A stretch of 62,799 nucleotides of DNA, the filler included, from Candidatus Fermentibacterota bacterium (GTDB lineage: Bacteria; JAFGKV01): assembly GCA_016928395.1 (NCBI GenBank). It is 5 parts of 5 records of this genome, joined end to end, with 100 filler letters (N's around TTAATTAATTAA, not from the genome) between each part and the next. Parts side by side here need not be neighbours in the genome. Positions count along the whole stretch, not along the records: positions 19,736 to 31,717 come from JAFGKV010000162.1; 4 more parts are not named here. One strand, given 5' to 3'. Positions within the stretch are counted from its first letter, which is position 1. Every line of letters starts with the position of its first letter. Below are positions 19,829-31,000 of the stretch, piece after piece. Under the pieces are notes generated by a model. It was not told the origin of the DNA. It searched no databases and was given only the letters and a program-made list of their open reading frames with translations. A program made the position numbers and the translations under genes.

Positions 19829-22534
19829 GTGATTCCGTTCGAGACCTTTCTGGCCCGGGCCGACCAGGAGGCTGGTCGATACGGCGATGATCCCTGGGTG
19901 TTTCTCCGAGAGCTGGTGCAGAACAGCCGCGATGCCCACGCCCGGCATATCGAGTTCACGGTGACGAGCACCGATGCCGGTGTAACTCTTGTGTGCGAGG
20001 ATGACGGGGTGGGCATGAACGGGGATATTGCCGAACGCTACCTGCTGCGCCTCTATGCCTCCACCAAAGGCGAGAACGGCAGTGTCGGATTCTTCGGCGT
20101 CGGGTTTTGGTCGATCCTCCGGTTCAACCCCCGCACAGTCACCATCATGTCGCGCAGTACGGAAGGTGAGATTTCCTTCGAACTCGACGTGTCGAGCGGA
20201 ACCATGATGCCTTTAGAATCAGCACTGAAGGGGCTCGGCACTCGGGTGGTCATCACCAGAGAGCCGGGTGCCGGGCCAGGTGCCGCTGATGAGTTTGAGG
20301 CTCTCGTGCGGGAGAGACTCCTGTGGTATGCGGCCCACGTTCGACCTTTCCCCGGAGAAGACCCCATCGAGCTGACGGTGAATGGCGAGCGCCTGGATCG
20401 GGAGTTTCCTCTTCCGCCCCATGGCGGCCGGCGCATCCGGGGGAAAGGGTTCTCCGCGGTGGTTGGGTTCGGTTCCCAGCCCTCTGTGAAGATCTACACC
20501 TCAGGAATCCTCGTGCGTGATCTGGTGAGTCTCGACGAGGTGATACCGTCCCACGGGGCCCGGGCGCCGCGGGGCGGGTGGGGGCTCTACCCGGTGGTCA
20601 AGATCAATGCCGACGGGCTCCGGTTGCTCATGGACCGTCAGGCGGTGTACGAGGACGAAGTCCTCAAGAGGGCTGTTCGGCGTTGCGAGACAGAGCTTCT
20701 GAGCATCCATCGGCGCGTGCTCCATGGGATGTTGCCCATGGATCTTCGCAACCTGTGGTGGAGGATGCGCGACCGCGTTCGACTCCTGCATGTTGTTACC
20801 GCAGGGTTCTTCTTGGTAACCCTGGTCGCAGCCGGGACCGGACTCGGATCGCTCGCGTTCCGGGGTATACCCGCCATGGGCAGGCCCAGCCCCGCGTCGG
20901 GCCGAGCTGCCCCGTCCGCAGCCGGCCCGAAGACCATCGACTGCATAGAGATGGGTCTACGGAACGGGGCTGCGCCGGGCTCTGAGGATCAAATCTTTCC
21001 GCTGGCCTTCCTCTTCGACGGCCCTCCCACGGTGATGTTCATCGCGAGGTTTCTCACGGGCTACGACCAGGTGCTCGGCTTCCAGGTCGAGCCACTTCTC
21101 GTTCAGGAGCCCTATCCGAGTTTTCCCGAGGGTGATGGGGAAACGATGGCCGCGCGCATGTATGTAGCGGGAGGGCGCAACCTTGTGCTGCCTGTGCCTC
21201 CGGGGCATGGGGTGGTGGCCCGTTCAGTTCTCCACGAGGGCTTATCTCTTGAGGTGTGGCGAGACCGGCTTGGCCAGCCGGTGGTCGTGCCGCCTGGGCC
21301 TGGATGGGTTTCCTACTCGATGGTCCGGCGGCACAATCCAGTCTCCTGCTCGAACCCCTCCCCGACAGTGCTGCCGTGGTCTCCCCGATTCCGCCGTGCG
21401 CTGGCTTCGGTAAGCGGCAGCGATATCGCTGCCACGGTCGAGAGTTTGGCCGCACCGGTGCGGGAGTCCTTTGTCTATGCTCGGGCCGATGCGACCGATG
21501 GCGACCGGAGCCCTTGGCTGGAGCGTGCTCTCTCTCGCGGCACGGGTGACTGCGATGTCATCAACGGCGTCATGGCCCTGTTGCTCCGCTCAGCCGGTAT
21601 TGAGGCGCATCTGGCGGTGGGCATCATAGGGGAACACGGGCGGGCCGTGTCGCCGCTGCACGCCGTGACGGCATACTGCGATAGTGGGTGGCGATTCCTC
21701 GACCTGAGCACCGCGGTACCCAGCGAACCCCTCTCCTCCCCGGACGCACCCGCTGCGGATCACCCCCACGTTTCTCCCACGTCACCCGGTGACGGCACTG
21801 GGGGCCGCGCACTGCGGGGAATACTCATCGCAACCATCACGAGTGCCATGGCCGTCCTCGGTATCAGCGTTCTAGAACTGCGAACCAGGCGGGCAAAGCC
21901 CGATCCGAGCCATGTCCGGTACCTGTTCGGCCATCTCTATGACGGGCGCGATCGTGGCACCGATCTGGCATTCCGGCCGGTCGTTCCCCTGATCGGGGGG
22001 CGGAGAGTCAGCCTCTATGAGCTGGAGCGCATGGCCTCTCGCGGCCCAGTGCTGGGAGCAAAGCCCGGGGCGCCTCTTCTCTCACTCATTCGCGCGAGCG
22101 CCGTGATTGACGGATCGGCGGATGTTGTCGGCCAGGTTGAGCCTTTCCTCCCACCGATCACATGGCTGGATGATCTGGACATCACGCGTCACGAACTACC
22201 CCCCTTTCTCTCCCGCATCGAGCACGCCATTGCCGCGCTGGACCCGGCTTTCAGGATTTATCTTGCCTCCGGTGCAGCGATTCGCATCGTGGAAGTCCCG
22301 CTGCGGGATCACCGTGGGGATCGTCACGTATTCCTGGGCCGGGAGCATCCCCTATATGCCACCATGGAGGCCTCGGCAGAGAGGGGTGTGGTGGGGCTCA
22401 TGGAAGCAGCGGCCCGGCTTATGAGGGCAGTACCGACCTACGTCCACTGCGCCGATCGGTTCCTGGAGGTCGTGGCCAAGGCCACACATCCAGGTCTCAG
22501 TCCAGGGGCTACGGGCAAGGAAACGCATGGCTGA
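19829..22534 (+). CDS. GHKL (Hsp90-like) ATPase fused to membrane-anchored transglutaminase-like domain
   Basis: LRELVQNSRDA, EDDGVGM, GFFGVGFWS, GTRV; TM; GDCD...LHAV...WRFLD catalytic triad; second TM. Confidence 0.75.
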   Translation: MIPFETFLARADQEAGRYGDDPWVFLRELVQNSRDAHARHIEFTVTSTDAGVTLVCEDDGVGMNGDIAERYLLRLYASTKGENGSVGFFGVGFWSILRFNPRTVTIMSRSTEGEISFELDVSSGTMMPLESALKGLGTRVVITREPGAGPGAADEFEALVRERLLWYAAHVRPFPGEDPIELTVNGERLDREFPLPPHGGRRIRGKGFSAVVGFGSQPSVKIYTSGILVRDLVSLDEVIPSHGARAPRGGWGLYPVVKINADGLRLLMDRQAVYEDEVLKRAVRRCETELLSIHRRVLHGMLPMDLRNLWWRMRDRVRLLHVVTAGFFLVTLVAAGTGLGSLAFRGIPAMGRPSPASGRAAPSAAGPKTIDCIEMGLRNGAAPGSEDQIFPLAFLFDGPPTVMFIARFLTGYDQVLGFQVEPLLVQEPYPSFPEGDGETMAARMYVAGGRNLVLPVPPGHGVVARSVLHEGLSLEVWRDRLGQPVVVPPGPGWVSYSMVRRHNPVSCSNPSPTVLPWSPRFRRALASVSGSDIAATVESLAAPVRESFVYARADATDGDRSPWLERALSRGTGDCDVINGVMALLLRSAGIEAHLAVGIIGEHGRAVSPLHAVTAYCDSGWRFLDLSTAVPSEPLSSPDAPAADHPHVSPTSPGDGTGGRALRGILIATITSAMAVLGISVLELRTRRAKPDPSHVRYLFGHLYDGRDRGTDLAFRPVVPLIGGRRVSLYELERMASRGPVLGAKPGAPLLSLIRASAVIDGSADVVGQVEPFLPPITWLDDLDITRHELPPFLSRIEHAIAALDPAFRIYLASGAAIRIVEVPLRDHRGDRHVFLGREHPLYATMEASAERGVVGLMEAAARLMRAVPTYVHCADRFLEVVAKATHPGLSPGATGKETHG

Positions 22535-23690
22535 CCGGTTCGTCCTGAGCATCGACTTGGAGGCTGAGCTGCAGAAGATCGCGCAGCGCCAGCATCTGAA
22601 CAATGTCCACTATCTCGTTCAACTCACGCGGCACGCCCTGAGGCATGACCCGGGCGTCATTCACATCGAAAGCACCCGACGACATCTCACAATCACTCAG
22701 GATGGCACTCCTTTCTACGATTCGGAACTGGCCTTGCTCCACGTGATCACGGGCGGCGACGATTTTCTGCGGAGGCAGGAGGCGTTGGGCATTCTTGAGC
22801 AGGAGCACGGCATTGCCATACTGTCCGCGATCCTCTCGTTTCCCAAGGTCGTGGTGGCGTCGGGCGGATGGATCATGGTCGCCTCTGGAGGTCGCTTCCG
22901 GGTGGAGGCGACCTCGAACAAGGCGCCCGGCTATCGCATCGTGATCCACCGCTGCGCACCCAGACGACGCGTAGAACGAAAGGAACTCGATTTTTTCTGC
23001 GCCGGATGCGCCGTGCCGATTCACTACAATGGCGGCCAGATAAACCGTCCCATGGCTCTGCGAGGGCAGGTACTCGCCGCGGCGCTTTGCCGTGAGGATG
23101 GCAACGGGGAACTCGGCATCCCATTCAAGGCTGAACTGAGCGCCATGTCATACTTCAAGAGGGGAGTTCGGTTCGGGTTCAGGCGGTTTCTCGATCCGCA
23201 CGGTATCACACTGGAAGGCTACTGGGATTCATCCCACCGTGCATTCGAGCCACGCTACGAGCAGAGCATAGGAGCCGGCGAGGAGTTCCTCCATGAGGCC
23301 AAAGAAGGGCTCTGCCGCGAGGCTGCAAGCCAGTTTGCGGCTCTTGACGTCAAGGCGAAAGAACGCGTCCGAAGGGCGGGCCTTCGGCTGCTGTCTCATC
23401 GGCCGGAGTGGCGGGACGCCCCGCTGTTCGATTCTGTGTGGCGGGCGTTTTCCTTTTCTATGGCTCATCTCGAGAACCTGGAAAGACAGTTTGGCGTCAT
23501 ACCCTGTTCGTTGCGGTCCAGCAGACGGCTCCCTTCCTGGGTGCCCAGGCTTTCATCGGAGCAGATCCACGTGCTCCGAGACATGGGACACCCTGTGGCG
23601 CTGCTCTCAGTCACACCACCCCGACTGCGATGGCGCGGTCTTGCGGCGAGGCTTCGCCGGCTGGTTACGGCTACAGACGAGAGGTCATGA
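22527..23690 (+). CDS. Degenerate GHKL-like hypothetical protein, translationally coupled to the upstream gene
   Basis: LVQLTRHAL...IHIE...LTITQDG resembles a decayed GHKL N/G1 box; 8-bp overlap with upstream gene. Confidence 0.55.
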   Translation: MADRFVLSIDLEAELQKIAQRQHLNNVHYLVQLTRHALRHDPGVIHIESTRRHLTITQDGTPFYDSELALLHVITGGDDFLRRQEALGILEQEHGIAILSAILSFPKVVVASGGWIMVASGGRFRVEATSNKAPGYRIVIHRCAPRRRVERKELDFFCAGCAVPIHYNGGQINRPMALRGQVLAAALCREDGNGELGIPFKAELSAMSYFKRGVRFGFRRFLDPHGITLEGYWDSSHRAFEPRYEQSIGAGEEFLHEAKEGLCREAASQFAALDVKAKERVRRAGLRLLSHRPEWRDAPLFDSVWRAFSFSMAHLENLERQFGVIPCSLRSSRRLPSWVPRLSSEQIHVLRDMGHPVALLSVTPPRLRWRGLAARLRRLVTATDERS

Positions 23691-25865
23691 GGAAGCAGAT
23701 GACGCCGAAGGGGTCCTCGGCGCCCTGGGGCTTTTTCGCTGCCGTTTGAGGAGCCGGGCAAAGGAGAGGGGGACATTGAAGAACAGATCGAACATGCAGT
23801 GCTCCAACAGCCCGCCGTGCTCGCCGAACACGGGGACCACACGGACGACACGCCTGGTCCACCTCCCGGCCAGGAATCTGGCCAGCGCGGGGTTGTGCGT
23901 CACCATCTGGAATGGAAACGCCAGGTACCCCAAGACATGGATGAACGAGATTGGGGCCGCGATGTAGTAGTTCTTGATGTCGCGTTCCTTGATCATCAGG
24001 TACAGCACGAATACGCCTCGGGTGATGGAACCGGGTGAAATGGGCAGGAGCTGGATGGTGGCGGCAGCGGCTGTGCCCAGCCCGAGGCTCTCCGCCCAGC
24101 TCAAACCCCGGTACAGCACACAGTACAGCGTCACCGCCACGCCCACGACAATCATTACCACCTGGGTGATGGGTACCGTGCACACATGGACTGCGAGGCA
24201 TCGCAGGTATTTTTGGATGTAGGGGTCCTTGATCTGGGCGATGACCCGCTCCGCCTCGGTGTCGGTCAGCATGCCTTCCTCACGGCCGGCCGTGACTTCA
24301 TCGAGAAGCTGTTGCTCGCGGTAGGCGGGATCCCTCAGGAAGCGTAGGGCACGGCCGAACTTGGCTTTCAGGGCCGTCCAGGCCCAGGAAGGTTCGGTGA
24401 ACGATCGATGCCACAGGGGGGGCTGCCATGCCAGCAGCATTCGTTCCAGGGCGAAGTGAAGGGGACGCTCCAGCAGCCGCTGTGCCCGGGATACGGACAC
24501 CCTGCCACCTCTGACCCATCCGATGAGAGACGCCGCACGATCTCCCCGGAATGCCCTACCCAGATAGGCCGTGCTGGTGAGGCATCGCTTCAGGTGAATC
24601 CGGGTCGGCTCGTGGCCCCAGAACCGGATGATACGGGATCCCAGCAGGGGAATCCACGAGGCGGCATACATGGCGGCATAGAGACCCGCTCGCCGACGCA
24701 AGGCGGCGGCATGGGTCTCATCGATGCGGCGCAGATGCAGCCATGCAAGGATGGTAGCCTCCCGGATGGATGCGCGGAGGGCTTTGTCGGTGAGGAGGTG
24801 GTGCCTATGATGGGTCACATCCGGCAGCGATGCCCTGTACCGTGGTTCAATGGCGGCCAATTCCTCTACGGCATCCTTCATCCCGGACAGGGCAGTAGGG
24901 TCTCTGGCGCTGAAGGCCCGCAGCCGGGTGAGATCGCCCCGGTCGAACTGCACCAGCCTTCCCCGAGCCAACCCCCGCCCGATGAGCTTGAAGTCGGCTG
25001 GGCTCATGGGAAGAAGAGGCATGAGCACCAAGCCCGATGCGAAATCGATGGCGGTGAGGCCTCCGGGGCCGTCGTCCGCATCGATGCGTTTGAGCGCGTT
25101 CGGTTGGCTCTTGCAGGTCCACCATTCGTATTGCCGGGCCAGTTCACCCGCGCCCATTTCATGGAGTAAGCCCACCAGCCGGCGCATGAACAGGCGCTTG
25201 CCCACATACTCCGGGCATTGATGATCCGCAGGCACATCGCCCTTGAACTTCCAGCGTCGAAAGAGGCGATCGTCCACCTCGAACTTCCACATCCTGCCGT
25301 CCACCCATTCATTCAGAACACCAAATGCACCGATGCGGCGGTCGAACAGCGTGGCGTGCGTGTCGCACACGGCGCGCTCATCGCCGAAGTGTGTTTGTGC
25401 CGCGCGACGGATTAGCTTGTGCCATACTGCCATGGTTCGTACTGCCGCTTCATTCACCTGCGGGGCGAAATGCGCCTGATAGCCAAGGGCATAGAGTAGA
25501 TTGCGGAAGCGCGCCGCGCTGGGTCTCGGGGGCAGGAGGAGCTTCAGGGCATAATGGCTACCCACTGCCAGGTCGGGAACCTCGCCGATGGAGGCCTCGT
25601 GCAGGCATTCAAGACGGGTCAGACACACACGGTACACTTGTCCCGCGAAGCCTCCGCCCACAAAACGGTCCACACTGAGCGTGGCCTGGGCATTGTAGCG
25701 GGGATGAATCCCTCGCAGATCGTAGGTGAGGAGGTCGCCCGGATCATACCGGCAGGGCTGGTAGGGCACAGCCAGGCCGCAGTGACCGTATGCCTGCAGG
25801 AGTTCGTCCCGCAGCTCGAGAAAGGAGAGTGTGGATACGGGTTCTCCGTCGGCGGGATCGGGCAT
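23685..25865 (-). CDS. Hypothetical protein with protein-kinase-like N-terminal motifs and C-terminal TM segments
   Basis: VGGGFAGQVYRV, YALKLL, NEWVDG, QPNAL, AIDF; start taken at MPDPADG. Confidence 0.6.
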   Translation of the reverse strand: MPDPADGEPVSTLSFLELRDELLQAYGHCGLAVPYQPCRYDPGDLLTYDLRGIHPRYNAQATLSVDRFVGGGFAGQVYRVCLTRLECLHEASIGEVPDLAVGSHYALKLLLPPRPSAARFRNLLYALGYQAHFAPQVNEAAVRTMAVWHKLIRRAAQTHFGDERAVCDTHATLFDRRIGAFGVLNEWVDGRMWKFEVDDRLFRRWKFKGDVPADHQCPEYVGKRLFMRRLVGLLHEMGAGELARQYEWWTCKSQPNALKRIDADDGPGGLTAIDFASGLVLMPLLPMSPADFKLIGRGLARGRLVQFDRGDLTRLRAFSARDPTALSGMKDAVEELAAIEPRYRASLPDVTHHRHHLLTDKALRASIREATILAWLHLRRIDETHAAALRRRAGLYAAMYAASWIPLLGSRIIRFWGHEPTRIHLKRCLTSTAYLGRAFRGDRAASLIGWVRGGRVSVSRAQRLLERPLHFALERMLLAWQPPLWHRSFTEPSWAWTALKAKFGRALRFLRDPAYREQQLLDEVTAGREEGMLTDTEAERVIAQIKDPYIQKYLRCLAVHVCTVPITQVVMIVVGVAVTLYCVLYRGLSWAESLGLGTAAAATIQLLPISPGSITRGVFVLYLMIKERDIKNYYIAAPISFIHVLGYLAFPFQMVTHNPALARFLAGRWTRRVVRVVPVFGEHGGLLEHCMFDLFFNVPLSFARLLKRQRKSPRAPRTPSASSASS

Positions 25866-26564
25866 CCGGATTCTCCTGGCGGTCCTGGGTCTGCGGGCGC
25901 TCCTGCCGGCGAAGGCGCGGGGGGAGAGGCCGTTCTCTCGGGGGTGTAGATGAGATGCGAGGAACCATGCGCGCGGGGTCTGCCCGGTCAAGCGAAACTG
26001 CGCGTTCGCTTCGTTCGACGTGCACGGTGCACCGTTCGACTTGCCTTGCTCACACCTCTCAAAGGGGCCACCGAGCGCGAGGGTCTTCAGGCCCTTTGGA
26101 GTGAGAGAATGGAATCCTAAAGCATCAGGACAGCACACTAAGGGGGATGGGAATGACAGGACGAGTGGACGAAGGGAGGGAGGACAACGATCGGGGAGGC
26201 CTTCGAACTCGTTCGAGGAGTCATGATCTGGCGACTCGCCTGCGAAACCGATTGACCCGAGATCTCAGGATTCCCTCCTCTCATACACGTTCTCAGTCAT
26301 GGGCTGCCGGCTCTTGCCGCATCCATCACTCAAATCATCCAATACGCCATGCTGGATGCGTCTGATTGCCTGATCATGACCGCACGCTCGTACCTGTTCC
26401 CAGGAGATGCGGCCTTGACCGGCGCGGCGAAGGCACGAAACTGTAAGCCTTGCTGCAGTGTTGAAGGAGAGAACACAGCCTTCGGCCGATCGCGGTTGTG
26501 TGCCGATGGGGATACTCCCGTCGGGCCGCACGGCAGGCTTCGAGCGGGAGAGGGAGCGCAACCA

Positions 26565-27722
26565 ATGTCCAAGGGATCCTCGGCACCGGATCGGCGGAAG
26601 ACGATTGCGGTGCTGTCCACCGGCATCGTGGAGTATGACCGTCGCATCCTGGAGGATGAAGGGCGCGCCCAGTCACTGGCCCGGAGGGACCTGACGCTTA
26701 TCGGAGCCCTCTGCGAGGGTTTTCGGGGCGACGTCGTGGGGCGTACAGATAGTGGGGTTGTGGCTACTTTCGTCAGTGCCGCGGATGCGGTGGAATGTGC
26801 CCGGGAGGTGCAGAGGCAACTTGCCGAATCCGCCCGGGTGCTACCGGAACGAGAGGTGCTTTGCCACCGCATCGGCCTTCATCTGGGAGACGCCCGTGGG
26901 AGTGACGGTCAGCTCTTGGGAGACAGTGCACAGGTCGCCACTCTGGTTCAGGGGCACGCACCTCCTGGTGGCATCTGTCTCTCGGAGACGCTTTTCGATG
27001 CGGTAGGTCATCGGCTCGTTCTCCGCACTGTGGACCTTGGCCTTCACCAGCTCTCCCCGGGGGGCGGGGGCGTGCATGTGTATCAGATGGTGGTATCCGG
27101 CCTGCTCGTCTCCGGCCAGGGTGAGTCGCGCGCAGGACAGTCCTCGAGCGCAGTGCAGAAGGTATTTGCGGTGCTGGGGATTGCGGGGATCGTTTTGGTG
27201 GCCGGTGGCGCCTTTCTGGCTGTGAAGGCCCTCCGATGTGCATCTACCGAGGGCGATATCCCCTTGATGGAAATGGTTGAAATGGAGCCCGAGCCGGAGC
27301 CCTCCGCCGCCCACGAACCCGTATCGCCTCCTCAGCAGACTCCGCCCCGCGTCACGCCCGCGCCTCTTCCACGAAGTACTCCACCCAGCAGTTCGCAGCC
27401 AGCCTCGCCTCTGGCTTCTTCTCGACGTTCGGGGACCGCCCAGCCTTTTGAGAGGTCTCCTCGGCACGACGGCACACCGCAGGCATCAGTGCCGGCTCTG
27501 TCGGATGTCTCGGGCCTGACCGTCGACGAGATTGAGCAGTTTCGGGAGCTTGACTTCAACCGTGACGGCATGCTTAGCCGACAGGAGATCCCCTTCGAAC
27601 TCCGCAGCAAGATCATGTGGGCAGACGCAGATGGCGACGGGGTGGTGACTCTCGAGGAACTGAAGGCTTCGCGGGGCCGGCGTCTCACCCAAAGGAGATC
27701 GTCGGGCGTCACTCCGGAGTAG
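26565..27722 (+). CDS. Class III nucleotide cyclase-like domain + TM + Pro-rich linker + EF-hands
   Basis: RIGLHLGD, APPGGICLSE; DFNRDGMLSRQE and DADGDGVVTLEE EF-hands. Confidence 0.75.
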   Translation: MSKGSSAPDRRKTIAVLSTGIVEYDRRILEDEGRAQSLARRDLTLIGALCEGFRGDVVGRTDSGVVATFVSAADAVECAREVQRQLAESARVLPEREVLCHRIGLHLGDARGSDGQLLGDSAQVATLVQGHAPPGGICLSETLFDAVGHRLVLRTVDLGLHQLSPGGGGVHVYQMVVSGLLVSGQGESRAGQSSSAVQKVFAVLGIAGIVLVAGGAFLAVKALRCASTEGDIPLMEMVEMEPEPEPSAAHEPVSPPQQTPPRVTPAPLPRSTPPSSSQPASPLASSRRSGTAQPFERSPRHDGTPQASVPALSDVSGLTVDEIEQFRELDFNRDGMLSRQEIPFELRSKIMWADADGDGVVTLEELKASRGRRLTQRRSSGVTPE

Positions 27723-28068
27723 GTGCTGTCGCGCTTGGCGGCAGGTTCAGCTCGTTCCCCAAGTAGGGTTCAGGGACCGGCGGAGAGCCGCCCCGCTCTC
27801 CCAGGTTCTGTCGGGCCCCGGCACCGACAGGTTGCCGTAGCACCGGGCGCGACGGATCTTGGCTGCCGCCGCGGAGGGCGAGGTTCTGGCGGTCGAGATC
27901 TGAGTACGCCTCGTTCGAGTTGAAGGACGCCTTCGTAGCCTTTCATTCTTCTCGGGCCGCCTTTCCTGCTGACGCCGCTTCCCCGGGCCGGGGAGTGGCC
28001 GAGGTATGCGGTTCGTCGGCCCAGGCGCACACAGGCTGCGCCTCTTCCCAGCGACGAGAGGACAGGGG

Positions 28069-31000
28069 ATGAGGATTGTTGCCGACCTGCACGTGCATGG
28101 CCGCCACTCCGTGGCCACCAGCCGGGCACTGAGCTTGGAATCGTTGTACGGGTGGTCGGTGCGCAAGGGCATCGACTTGGTGGGCACCGGTGACATTGTG
28201 CATCCTGCCTGGCGAGGTGAGGCACGGGAGCTGCTCGTTCCCGCGGAAGACGGGTTGTTCCAGCTCGATCCAAGGCGGACCGGGGCGATTGATATCGGAA
28301 GGGTTCCCAGGCGGCCTGTCCGTTTCATGCTCGCGGTGGAGATCAGCACCATCTACTCTGACGGCGGTCGTGTTCGTAAAGTGCATCATCTGGTGCTGCT
28401 GCCTTCCTTCGACGCAGCCGATACACTCTCGGATGCACTCTCGGGCATCGGATCGATCTCATCTGACGGCAGGCCCATTCTCGGGCTGAGTTCCCGGAAT
28501 CTCCTGGAGACGGTCTTGGAGTGCGACCCCAAGGCGGTGCTCATTCCGGCCCATATCTGGACGCCGTGGTTCTCGGCTCTGGGATCGAAGAGCGGGTATG
28601 ACACTATAGACGAGTGCTATGGCGATCTCTCTCCCCACATCTTCGCCATTGAGACCGGGCTTTCATCCGACCCCGCTATGAACTGGCGGCTGTCCTCATT
28701 GGATCGGTTCGCCATCATCTCCAACTCCGATGCCCATTCCGCAGAGAAGCTCGGCCGTGAGGCAACGGTGTTCGAGTGCGATTTCTCCTTTGACGGGATC
28801 TGCGGCACGATGAGGGGCAAAGGCGGAGCCATAGAGAGTACCGTTGAGTTCTTCCCGGAGGAGGGCAAGTATCATCTGGATGGGCACCGCGCCTGCAGGG
28901 TTCGGCTTGAGCCGAGGGAAACGCGGCGCCATGGAGGCCGATGCCCGACCTGCGGCAAACCGGTGACAGTGGGGGTAATGCACAGGGTCGAGGAACTGGC
29001 AGATCGTGCCGGAGGCTTCCGACATCCAAAGCGTCCCGGCTTCGTGCGACTGGTGCCTCTGGTGGAGGTGCTGGGACAGGTGCTGGGAGTGGGTCCGTCT
29101 ACTCGATGCGTGCGCAGGGCCTACGACCATCTGTTGGGAGCGCTGGGATGTGAATTCTCGATTCTTATGGATGCCTCTCCAGATGATCTAGAGAGGCTTG
29201 GAGGAGACCGCTTGGCCGAGGCGGTCGTCAATATCCGGGCCGGCCGGGTCATCACGGAGGCAGGGTATGACGGCGAGTATGGAACGGTACATGTCTTGGT
29301 GCCAGAACCGGAGGCGGTTGATGCTCCAGTCGTTGCCGCGCAGCTTGACCTGGTCTTGACCGACGCCCCGGCGGTTCGGATGAAGGAGGGGCAACGCAGT
29401 ATCATCGCGGCGCCAGATCGTTCACTCGCGGTGATTGCCGGGCCGGGCAGCGGCAAGACCCATCTCCTGACGCAGCGGATGGCCCAGGCTGTCACCCGGG
29501 GTGATGCACCCGTCATCGGCATCACCTTTACCCGGGCTGCGTCCCGGGAACTGGAAGCGCGGCTTCGATCAACGTCGTCCCATCACGATTCCCTGTGGAC
29601 CGGGACTCTTCACCAGTTCGCCCACGAGCTGCTCTGCCGTAGCGGAGAAGAGCCTGATGTGTTGGATGACCGGCAGCGGGCTGCAATGCTGCAGTACGCA
29701 CTGCACCGGGAAGGGTACACGGTCTCATTCTACCGCGCCTTGAGGCTGACCCAGCGGGCATCGGCGCTCAGACACGGCACGCAGAGGCCTGAGTCGTCCT
29801 CAGTCAGCGATGGAATGCTGATGGAGACGTATCAGCGGACAAAAGAGAACGCTCGAGCCATGGATTACGATGATCTCATCGACCGGGCTATCGCACGGGC
29901 GGCTCAGCCAGGTGTCACCACGGCGGCGCATGTCTTCGTGGACGAGTTTCAGGATCTTGACGCCGCGCAGTATCGCTTGGTGCAGCGCATGGCGCGCGGG
30001 CCCTCCATCATGGTCATCGGAGATCCTTACCAGGCCATCTATGGTTTTCGCGGAGGAGATCCGCGATTGAGCGAACGATTCATTCGCGAAACTGCCCACA
30101 CGCGGGTGGAGCACCTCACCTCCAGTTATCGCTGCGGCGAGACCATCCTCCGGGCCGCAGATGGTGTGGCACGTCGGGATCCAGCCATGACTTCGGCACG
30201 GGGGGAACCGGCGATGGTCGAGGTGCTGCGAGCCGGCTCTCCGGCGAAGGAAGCCCGGATGATCGCGGGGCGCGTGCGGGAAGTCTTGGGAGGGCTCACA
30301 TCCAGAGACACGCCGAGCGGGCAGACCCCATGGGCTGCGGGTTTCGGCGACATTGCAGTCTTGGTGCGAACAAGCCATATGATCGGCCTGTTCGTCAAGG
30401 CCCTCGCCGAGGTTGGCATACCGTGCCGATCCGCCCGTGCCACAGCCCTCTCAGAAGATCCGGCTGTGTCCAGAGTTCTTGCCTGGCTGCGTCTTGGTCT
30501 CAACCCTGAAAGCCCGGCCGATGTGCTGATCGCCCGAGCCTGGCGTCCCGGCGATGCCCTACCCGCGGGCCTTGGCCTCTCCGAGCGCAAAGAGGTAGAG
30601 GAACTGGCGTTGGTCAGCACCGCGGAGGCTCTGGATCGCCTGGCGCTGAGGGGAATCAGCGTGGGCGTGGATGCCGATCGGATGAGGATTCTTCGCCGGC
30701 TTGCGGAGGAATGCCCGCGGGTGTCGAGTTTTGTCACACGGGTGATGTCGGAGCGGGAGGCGGGGGTCGTGGATGGGAGGGCGGAGGCGGTGCGCGTGAT
30801 GACCATGCACGCTGCCAAGGGATTGGAGTTCGGTGCGGTGTTTGTCACCGGGTTTCGGGAGGGCCTGCTTCCCCTATGCGGTTCGGATCCGGAGGAAGAA
30901 CGGAGGCTCTGCTACGTCGCCATGACCAGGGCCCGTTCGTATCTGGCTCTGACCTATGCCGGCGAGGTCAGCCAGATATCACGATTTGCAGGCGATATCC

